A stretch of 48,494 nt of DNA, filler included, from Catajapyx aquilonaris (lineage: Eukaryota), in assembly GCA_000934665.2 (NCBI GenBank). It is 2 parts of 2 records of this genome, joined end to end, with 100 filler letters (N's around TTAATTAATTAA, not from the genome) between each part and the next. Parts side by side here need not be neighbours in the genome. Positions count along the whole stretch, not along the records: positions 24,306 to 48,494 come from JYFJ02005549.1; 1 more part is not named here. One strand, 5' to 3'. This document shows positions 37,295 through 47,272 of this stretch, piece after piece. The position numbers and the translations under genes are program-made. Every line of letters starts with the position of its first letter. The stretch's first letter is position 1. The notes beneath the pieces were generated by a model. It did no database searches. It saw only the letters and a list, made by a program, of their open reading frames with translations, and was not told the DNA's origin.

Positions 37295-37667
37295 AGGGTG
37301 CTGCTGGTAATGAGCATTAGCCCAGACTGGTTGGATGTCGAGTGATGTTATCAGGATGTGTGTGTGGTAGGGAATATCATGTTATGCATAACAAGATTTT
37401 CCCCGCCACAAACATCCTTTTCTTTTGTGAGTCGTCCACATGACGGTGTGGGTTGGGGACAATATCAGTAAACATGAAAAGGTCTACTCTAATCACGCTC
37501 ACGTGATTTGCCAATCTTGTCTACTCATCATTTCCTCATCGTTGTAGCTTGAGACAGACAGGAACGAATATTAACTTTTCCTGATGTGGTCGCCCTATCG
37601 CTCTACATCCTGGCGCAGCATACGCGTCACACATCTGGAGATTGCTCACAAGTAACCTTGGTATGCA
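37295..37667. promoter_or_regulatory. Putative bidirectional promoter between CTL-A and CTL-B
   Basis: 373 bp between divergent ATGs. Contains TGATAA (minus, 37348-37353), CAGGATGT (37352-37359) and kB-like GGGAATATCA (37370-37379) and GGGGAAAATC (minus, 37395-37404). Confidence 0.6.
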
Positions 37668-39353
37668 ATGGATTCAAGTGGATTGTTCTGTTGCATTTTC
37701 CTCTTCATAACCTGTATTATTTCTGCAGACAGTAAGTTATGCAAAATAATCATAATCTTTCAGTCTCTGGTGATGTTGACAGTTTTGGCTGTTCGTCAGT
37801 CACTTTCTTTGAACCCTGACATATCATGCCTGATGTCCTATAATTAATAATCACCTTCAGCTGCTAGATGTCCCCTTCATTGGATATCTCCTCCGGACGA
37901 GCCTTACTGCTACCTGCTTCAGGAAGCACTGACGTGGCAAGAAGCACGTGAATCATGCCAAAATCAGGGAGGACATCTCCTAGTTGTCGATTCGGAAAAA
38001 GAATTGGTGAGGAGATCCTGTGGTGTTTAGTCTTCTGGTACATGATCATATACTAACTACGTCCTAAAAATTAAGGAGTGGCTTTCTTCAACAATTATTC
38101 GCAAAGGAAGGTGGTGGATTGGATTGAGAGCGACTGAAGAATATTCCACCGACGGAGCCTACCAATGGAAGTGGGTGGATGGCAATGATTATAACACGGA
38201 CTCATCACTGCCGTACGCAAGTACACGTGAACTTTCTGTAAAAAATTCTACAAACCTATTCTATTCCAGAACCTTTGACATGCACCATCTATACATAGGA
38301 ATTTACAGCGAAGACTGCGTGTTATCTCATAGCGGAAAGTACCACAGGCTTATTGACCACGGTTGTACTGAATTATCCCAATTTGTATGCGAGAAAGGTA
38401 CTGTAGAGTTACATAATTATTATTTCTATTAGAAGACTGCGGTCAATTCAAATAATTCAGTCTGGGTACTGATGTGTTCCAGAGAATGGAAGCGGAGCCA
38501 ATAGGTATTGTCCATCCATTTGGCGTCCGAGACGCGGTTCTTCAAGCTGCTATTTATTTGCTCCGCATAGATTTCACCTGACATGGGACCTGGCGAACAC
38601 ATTTTGCAAGAGAGAGGGCGGATATTTAATTTCCATCAATTCACCTGCAGAAATGGTATTGTTTGACTGCTAATTTGGACTAGGCGAAACTATATGTGCA
38701 CCAAGTGTCCTCGTTTACAGGAATGGTTGAAAAATAATACGAAAAGCCCCAGAGATGACCTTTACTGGATTGGTCTGTCAGACACTGACCGGGATGGAGT
38801 CTGGGAGTGGACAGATGGACGCAGCACTGTTCCAACTAACTCCACATTTCTGCAAGTAACATACAATCCATTACTATAATGAACAGTATGAATAATCCAA
38901 GTACAAAATTCCCCTACTGTAGGAAATGGTCTGAAGGCCATCCTCAAAGAAGACGAGGTTTGCACCACTTTGCGTACTTGACCTTAATGAATGAGGGTGG
39001 ACTGACTGTGAGAAGCGCACCAAAATTCGCAAGTTATGAATCGGTGTGTGAACGACGTGGAGGTAAGTTGTATGTTTAGTAACTTTCTCTACTCCTTTAA
39101 TGAAACCAATTTATTGGCAGTTGAGTACGTGGTGACCTGTGAGGCTCCTCCGTTGTCGGAGAACCAAGAGGTGAGATGCTACAAACTGAGTGGGACAGAA
39201 GTGCAATGCAGCGATGTGCTTCACGTGGAGGGCACCATGGCCATGTACCAGTGCAAGCCTCCTTACCGGAGCACCACTGGATTCCCCTATGCTTACTCCT
39301 TTTGTGAGCCCAATCAGAAATGGCCTGCTATTCCAGGTTTCCAGTGCCAATAA
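37668..39353 (+). CDS. CTL-B: paralog of CTL-A (signal peptide + 2 CTLD + 6-Cys Sushi/Wonton-like domain), 383 aa
   Basis: Exons 37668-37731 (MDSSGLFCCIFLFITCIISAD), 37861-38006, 38076-38212, 38270-38397, 38483-38655, 38721-38851, 38923-39062, 39121-39353. Same intron phases as CTL-A; requires a GC donor at 38852. Confidence 0.85.
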
Positions 39354-39685
39354 TCCGATTTCTTAATAACCTGTCCGATGAGGATAATTGTTGGCTGAGC
39401 ATCATTAAGAACATGGTCGCAGGCCTAGAAAAGAGCGAGCGGAGCGAGGGTTTTCCTAGTTAAAGTATAATTTTGGAACATATACAGTAGTAAGTGCTGT
39501 GACAGTGTTTTAAAAATATATTTATGGTAATAACCTGAATAGTACGTCATAACCTTTAAGCTCAATGGAAAGAAAAGCTCACCAGAATAGCGTAAAAACA
39601 AGATTACAACCATTGAACTACACTGCATATGCAGTACTTTATTTTCCATTGGTGACATGGTTCCAGCACAAGACATGGAACATTT

Positions 39686-40669
39686 TTACACGACCACAAG
39701 ATATGTCTCTTTATATATGTCATCCGTCAGTTGGCATCGGTAGCGACCAGCGTATCTCTTTTCGGCTCTTCTAATGTCAAGAACTTTAGTGTACAGTCCA
39801 ATGTCGTAATTGGAAGTATCCATAGTGGCCATGTTCCCTCCGGAGTAAAGGGCATCGACTGGCCATCCGTTCATGATCCTGACCCACTTGAAAGACACAT
39901 CTCTCAACATGTCATTGTGTCTGGCAACACACGGTATGCCAATATCGGCACCCCTGCGAACGTATACATGTGAAGGCATGTCACCAACAGATGGCCTAAG
40001 AACAACGGCTGGAATAATTTAATTATTAATAGCGAATATTGGAGGAATGTTTAAAAAATATGCACATAGACGATTTGGCTGTTACCTTCGCTGTCTTCTC
40101 GGTCAACCACGGTGACTTCGGTGTCCGCAAAGACGCCCTGTCGAGCCTGGCACCTGTACGTTCTGGAATTGGGCACGTTGCGCAACCACACCAGATTAGT
40201 GAGGATTTTGATACGACCAGCGATAGGAAGAGTGTTGGACTCTGTGCGATGACCAGCATTCCCAAGCGGCTTTGGACTCTGTGAGCCGTGGTTCAACACG
40301 AACCATGACACGTCGCAGTCTTCCTCTGCATGGTACTGGATCATGCAGATGATCATGACTGTGTCGCCTCGCCTGACCACTGTCTCTCTGGGGACGTACG
40401 TAATCTCCGAAGTGTTGCAAACAGCACCTGGGGACATAAATTGTAGAGGTTGTATGTACAGAGAGTGGTCGATATAGTCTCATACAGTGCTAACGAGCAG
40501 GGCCTTTTGGTCTAACTGTTGCCCCAGTGTAAATGTGTTAAAGGTTATTCCGCCATGGTTAGACCCTCCCAGTATCTCTTATCGTATATAATTTGTACAT
40601 TAGATAATTATTGTCCTCACCTGAATATCCTGCCAGCGAGATCACCAGGCATAGAATGCGCCAAATCAT
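39686..40669 (-). CDS. Ig-3: secreted two-Ig-domain protein, subfamily B, 237 aa
   Basis: Exons 40669-40621 (MIWRILCLVISLAGYS), 40427-40086, 40008-39686. Phase-1 GT-AG introns; RTYRC and AGRYRC F-strands. Confidence 0.9.
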
Positions 40670-40972
40670 GATAGGAAGCTGCGACTTGTGAGAGTTTGAA
40701 CACCTGGACTGCTTTTTCTCTTGCCGTGCTTATGAATGATGTAGATTCACTTGCTGGTGGCATCCTGCTTCCTTGGATTGACTGTTTATCTTCCCCTAAA
40801 ATAGGCAGGATGCAGATTTCATAACACAATTTTTACATCCTCCGGGTAGCAGCTGATGGGCTATCTACACGGTCTTGTACTGTACATACTTTTCACAAAC
40901 ATCGATATTTCTTGGCAGTGCTTTATTCTGAATTTTCACACTACAGTTCAGGTGAGTTCAGGAGTCCATTTT

Positions 40973-41924
40973 TTATAAGACCACTATGTTGGTCTCCTTG
41001 TATATGTCGTCCGTCAGTTGGCATCGATATCGGCCTGCGTCTTCCTTCCGGGCTTCGACAAGGATAAGGACGTGAGTATACAGGCCACTGTCGTAGTTGT
41101 AACTATTGGCTTCGTTGAATATCCCTCCGGTCTCACTGGGCTCACGTGGTTTCCCATCCACCATCTTTACCCACCTTAAGCGTCTCGTATTGAACTTCGT
41201 TTCGTCTTCCTCATCGTATCTGACAATGCAAGGAATGGGAACATCATCGCCTTCTCGAACGTACACCTCTTCGGGCAGGCCACCAACAGACGGTCTTAGC
41301 GCAACGACTGGAATAATTAGAATAATCAGTTGTAGAATATCAGACAAACCCTACCTCTCTTTGTGTGCATGGTGTTTCAAAATTGCATTTCGTGATCGCC
41401 AAATTACTAAATAACGTCTAGCTCTTACCTTCGTCGTCGACTGTCGGATCCACCACGGTGACTTCGACGTCCGCAAACCCACCGTTTTGAGCCTGGCATC
41501 TGTACGTTCTGGAATCCTGCACGTTTCTCAAATACAAGTAATTGGTGCGAAGTCCAATAATTCCGCTCGCAGTTGTTGTCGTTGAGTCAAAACTCCTATC
41601 AAGTGCTTTTGGTCTCAGATGACCAGGGTCAAACATGAGCCACCTTAAGCCGCACTCTTCCCCGTCCTCGTACTGGACAATGCAGATGAGCTCGGCTGTG
41701 TGGCCCCGTCTGACCACTATCTCTTGAGGCACATACACGACTTCAGAAGAGCTGCAGACCGCATCTGTGGACATAATTCAAATGTCATATGTGGGAATTT
41801 ATACCGATTTACCGATCCGTGTTACAGAATATGATTCACGTAAGAGATCATCATTGCAAGCACAGCATTACTCACCTGAAAATCCGGCCAGCGAGATCAG
41901 CAGGCATATAATAGGCCAAATCAT
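40973..41924 (-). CDS. Ig-4: secreted two-Ig-domain protein, subfamily B, 239 aa
   Basis: Exons 41924-41876 (MIWPIICLLISLAGFS), 41764-41429, 41307-40973. AATAAA at 40927-40922. Confidence 0.9.
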
Positions 41925-42657
41925 GATTTAAATCCGAATTTTTGGACCTTTGAAGCACCAAGACTGCATTTGCTGGAACTACGCTTATGACTAATGCAGA
42001 TTCACTTGATGGCTGCGTCCTGCTTCCCCTGATACACTCTTTATCGTTATTTTAAAATAACCTCCTGCGCAGAATCAATTCTTACAATAGCTTATTGAAC
42101 TGCCAGCGAAAGAGCACATCACTTTGAACCAATGAGCAGCTCATCTGTTCATGGGAAGAGTGAAAAATAATATTTATGTGGTACATCGAGAGAGTCGTAC
42201 CCTTCGATTAGTAGCAGCACATCCGGTGTATGTGTGTTAGATAGATATTCGCAAAAATAAAACTGCAATCATACAATGTCATAAAGTACAATAGATAAAG
42301 GACTCACTTTTGCAGGTGTTGCATAATGAACACTTTTTATTGCAGGTTCATTTCACTTCAAAGAGAACTGCTTTTGGCAATAATTATATTGAACCTTGTT
42401 TTATTGGACTTGCATACACACTGTATTAGGAAGGAAGAAAATTAATTCATTAATGCACCTGTCATCTGTACGATTAGCGATATGAGTGATGCCTATAGGG
42501 ATACCAAATAATATTGTTGGAGCTCCAGGAAGTAAATAAGTCACTCCTAGAACAAGACAATGGCAGTTACATGATGTCACTGCAGGCTCTGGAGATAATA
42601 ATTTTTTTTCTTCAATTTTGTCAATTTTTGTCATTTTTAAAGAATTAATGAATTAAT

Positions 42658-43523
42658 TCACCCCCCCATTACAACCAAGTTGGTGTCCTTGTAAATGTGG
42701 TCTATCAGTTGGCATCGGTATTGTCCAGCGTCTTCCTCTCTGGCGTTCTTGACCACCAGGACGTGAGTGTACAGTTGACTCTCGTAGTTGTAGCTCTCGT
42801 ACTGTCCGAAGTCTCCTCCTGTTGCGGCCACAGGACGTGCTTCATGTTCGCTGTCGTTTAGTTTAAGCCACTGGAAAGATCTTTCGTACGAAGGGTCTTC
42901 GTACCGGACAATGCACACGATGGCAATGCTGCCACCTTCTCTCACTTGCAGTACTTCTGGAAGGTCCTCCACGAACGGTCTCACAGCAGTCACTGAAAGT
43001 ACCGTAATGCAGCGTATATACAGGGAGATAATAATTATTATCAAACAACATAATATTGTACTCACCATGACTTTCCACGTCCGGATCCACCACAGTCACT
43101 TCGATGTCTGCAAACGCACCATTTTGAACCTTACACCTGTACATGGTCGACACCTGCGCATTGTACTTCCCAAGAAACCAGGTAGTTATTCGAACCAGGC
43201 CTGGAATCCGGACAGCCTCTGACGTTGCAATGTGCAGTCCTTGAACTGGTTTTGGTGTGAGGTCACTAGGGTCGAATTGCAGCCAGGTCACCCCGCATGT
43301 GTCACTATCATCGTCTGACTGTACGACGCACAGCAGCTCAAACTCATCTCCTCTTTTGACCGACACTTCTCTAGGAGCGTACACGATGTGCGGGTTACAT
43401 GTCGCATCGGCTGATGGACATAGTGTTGTTAGTATATGATGCATTTTGAGGTCCTCACATGTACTCACCAGACAACGTGAGGGCCAGTAGAAAAAGTGCG
43501 ATCATTGTTGACGGTACTCTCAT
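42658..43523 (-). CDS. Ig-5: secreted two-Ig-domain protein, subfamily B, 244 aa (alternative start 43505)
   Basis: Exons 43523-43469 (MRVPSTMIALFLLALTLS), 43410-43066, 42992-42658. Phase-1 GT-AG introns. Confidence 0.88.
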
Positions 43524-43696
43524 CCTCACTACACTGAGGTGGTCCTCTCACTAAAAATCAAGCTGACATCTCTCAGGTTATAATCTCCATAAGCTGCATC
43601 CGCTTGGGAAGATTAGCATTACGTAATAAAGTATGTACTGGTACCTTTTATTTGTCATTATTGTTTTACACTATACAAGTTTTCGCAAGATCTGGA

Positions 43697-44502
43697 TTAC
43701 CATACCACGAGATCTGCATCTGCGTAGATCACATTGCCCACTTGACATCGGTACGTCCCTGCATCGGCCTTCCTGGTATTGCTGATTACGAGCATGTTTG
43801 CGGACCATTTGTGAACGTAGTCGTCTACGTACGAGTCGGCATCGTAGTCAGCGCCAGTCCTGTCCAGATCAACCGGTTCTCCATCGCTGTCCAGTTTGTA
43901 CCACTCTATCGAATCGACCAGGTCTCGCATGTCCTGTCCACGTGCGATGCAGACCAAGCTGGCCTCGAACCCTGACCCAACACTCTCGCTCTTCATGGTC
44001 ACTGTCGTGAGTCGCTCACCAACACCTGAAAATACCGGGTATCACACTAGTTGTCAACCTACAGTAGACATTATTACCTCTGTGCACCACGTTGACGTGT
44101 ATGTCCACAGATTGACCGCTTTCGACCTCGCAACGGTACGTTCCGGCATCCGAATCCTGGGCGAAAGATGTGGTCAGCGTTGCAGTTGTCAGTGCCATTA
44201 GTCCGGAGAACCTCTCAATGGACGTCTCTTCGCTCCAATGTCTCCGTGGTGTGTTGTTGTCCAGTTTTCGTATTGTGACCTGGCATGGTGTGTCGCTATA
44301 GCTGCGTGCGATGCAGACCAAGGTGCCTCTCCAGCCTGCCTCGACCGACTCCTCTATCGGTGCGTACAAGATGGTCGGATTCACGCAGCTGGCAAATGCA
44401 CCTGAAGTATAGTCATTAGACCTCCAGAAGTGCGGTACTGACAGATTTGCGTACAGTACCTGAGATGAATGCGAGCGATGCAAACAGCAGCATGGTGGTC
44501 AT
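43697..44502 (-). CDS. Ig-6: secreted two-Ig-domain protein, subfamily A, 231 aa
   Basis: Exons 44502-44460 (MTTMLLFASLAFIS), 44401-44078, 44025-43697. Introns 58 and 52 nt; AATAAA at 43652-43647. Confidence 0.88.
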
Positions 44503-44637
44503 GATGCTTCCAGGAACAACGCCGCACAGAGAAACCCGACATAGCGATATGAATGCATCCGTTGAACAGTACGGTATCCGTTTATGGACGATACGACTTG
44601 GCCAAAATAGTACACTAGTACAATGGTTATCGAAGGT

Positions 44638-44676
44638 CAGGAGATGACGACTCATTAATTGAGTCGTAATCTCCTG
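44638..44676. repeat. 39-bp imperfect palindrome between Ig-7 and Ig-6
   Basis: CAGGAGAT-g-ACGACTCA-ttaat-TGAGTCGT-a-ATCTCCTG. Confidence 0.85.
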
Positions 44677-44808
44677 TCCTTCGAGTTGTATCATAATTCT
44701 TTGGGAGAAACAGTGTACATATATAGCAATGCTTTTTGAAGCTGCATCACTTTATTCTCCAGCACGTGCGTATTAATTACAATCGCGTTGTTGCTGTCCA
44801 TGATAATA

Positions 44809-45736
44809 TTATTCCCAGACCACAAGCTGTGCGTCTGCGTGGACTCCACCTTCTACCTGGCACCGGTACGTTCCAGCGTCGGACAGTCTGGCGTTTTTGA
44901 TAACCAGGAGATGACTGGACCACTCGTCGATGTAGTCAGAAAATTGGGGCGTACCGTCGTAATCAGCACCCGTCGTGTTCATATCACGCGGATCTCCGCT
45001 GCTGTCCATCTTGGACCAGGTCAACGACTCAGCCAGACTTCTGGTGTCCTCACCACGTACGATGCAGACCAAACCGATGTCTTCTCCTTCTGGCACGAAC
45101 TCTCTCCGCATGTCCACAGTCGTTGGTCTCTCACCCACTTCTGCTGGACAGACATGAACCTATATATAACGCCATGTTGTTAACCTGCTGGATCTACCGT
45201 ACCTTCCAGCACGTTGACTTGCATGTCCGCATACTGTCCACCTTGTACCTCGCAGCGGTATGTCCCAGCGTCCGACTCTCGAGCGTTTTGTATGGTGTAC
45301 GTGTATACTTTCTCAACAAGCAGAAAGGGGTACCTGCTTGTCATTTCCTTTTGGGCCGTAATTCTACGCGGTGTTCCTCCTTCGGGGTCCAGTTTGGAGA
45401 TGGTGGCCTCGCAGGGATATTCGCTGTAACTACGTGTAATACAGATCAGGGACCCTTGTGCGCCTGCTTCGATTGACTCTTCCGTTGGTGCGTACGTGAG
45501 GGTCGGATACAAACAATCAGAATCAGCTGAAAGTGTACTTGGAGTTATTAACTGTGTCACAAGTTTCGGACAAACATGTCCTGGAGCAACCATCATATGT
45601 GCAGCCTGGTATGAAAGATTGGATAGGTGATGATGTCATTATTGCGAAAAATGCATTCTTCTTGGCTTCTTGGAATATTATTCTTACCTGCGATTGCTTC
45701 CAGCCATAGAATCAGAAGAAGTAGCACGGTAGCCAT
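44809..45736 (-). CDS. Ig-7: secreted two-Ig-domain protein, subfamily A, 235 aa
   Basis: Exons 45736-45688 (MATVLLLLILWLEAIA), 45526-45203, 45143-44809 (tandem CAGCAG acceptor). AATAAA at 44756-44751. Confidence 0.9.
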
Positions 45737-46188
45737 GTTGCTGCCTGAAGCAATGTCACACGTTGACTACCGAAGAATGTCTACCATGTCCATCCAATCG
45801 CACCTTCCAATGCATAGTACGTACATCCGGTCATCGCAGATAAACATGCGGAAATGCAAAAATAAATAGCAAATATTTATTCAAGGTCAAGACTTGGCCA
45901 AGGACACGGCTACATTCCGATCGCATTTTTTCATTTGACGTCATCAGTATTGCTGTACTGGACCTGTCGGGCTTTCTGTGTGCTCGTTGCTGAGCAGAAA
46001 TATAGTCGAAGATAAATCCAAGAAATAATATATTAACTACAAACTCGCTCATTCCTCACTTTTGGAGCATAGTAGTTGTCACTGTAGGTATTTTTAAATA
46101 TAAATATAGGGTAACCTCCTGAATATGCTGCAACACTTTATTATTCACGTGCGTATTTTACAATCGGGTTGTAACTATCCAAGTGGAC

Positions 46189-47030
46189 CTATGTGTACCG
46201 TTCGTTATTACCCCAAACCCAAACCACAAGCTGTCCGTCTGCGTAGACTCCCCCTTCGACCTGACACCGGTACGTTCCAGCGTCGCACACTCTCGCGTTT
46301 TTTATTACTAGGAGATGCGCGGACCATTGGTTGATGTAATCGGCAAAGTACGAATCTGCGTCGTAATCAGCGCCCGTGGTGTCCACATGACGCGGTACTC
46401 CATTTCTGTCCAGCTTGTACCAGGCCAGCGAATCTAACAGCCGTCCAGTGTTCTGTCCTCGGACAACGCAGACCAAGCCGGCGTCTCCTCCTCTTTTAAT
46501 ATTCTCGCTCTGCATGGCCACAGTCGTGGGTCTACCATCAGATTCTGCTAGAACATGGCTAGTTATGTACAATATAATAATTTATTGTAGACATTACCTT
46601 GCACCACATCGACTTGTGTGTCAACAAACTCTCCATTTTCCACCTGGCAGCGGTATGTCCCAGCGTCCGACTCTCGAACGGTGTCAAATTTGTATGTGTA
46701 CGCTCTCAGAGCAAGTAGCCTATGGTATCTGGCTGTATGTTTTTCTTGGGTCGAAATCCTCTCTGGTCTTTCTCCGTCGGGGTCGAGTTTGAAGAGAGTG
46801 ACGTCGCAAGGCGTGCCGCTGTAACTTCGTGAAATACAGACCAAGGAGCCTTGCGATCCTAATTCGATTGACTCTTCCTTCGGTCCATATGCGATGGTCG
46901 GATATAGGCAACCGGGATCAGCTGGAAATGGACGATGGCAAGAAAATAATAATTATTACATTATTCCTCCAAATTGCTTACCTGTGATTGCTTCAAGCGA
47001 TAGAATTAACAGGACAAGCTTGGTGCCCAT
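46189..47030 (-). CDS. Ig-8: secreted two-Ig-domain protein, subfamily A, 243 aa
   Basis: Exons 47030-46982 (MGTKLVLLILSLEAIT), 46921-46598, 46547-46189 (TAGCAG acceptor). AATAAA at ~46142-46137. Confidence 0.88.
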
Positions 47031-47272
47031 GTTGTTGCCTGAAATAATGTCACACGTTGACTACCCGATGCGATGATCCGAATACGTCCAGCATCTTCTA
47101 ATCATACCCTCCAATGAGCAGCACATCCGGTCATGGCAGATACACATGATGCCTCCGGGTATAGCAGCTTATTGGTTGGCTACATACAGGGTTTTGTACG
47201 GCATACTTTTCACAAACATCGATATTGCTTAGGAGTGCTTTATTCTGAATTTTCATACTACATCAGGCGCAC

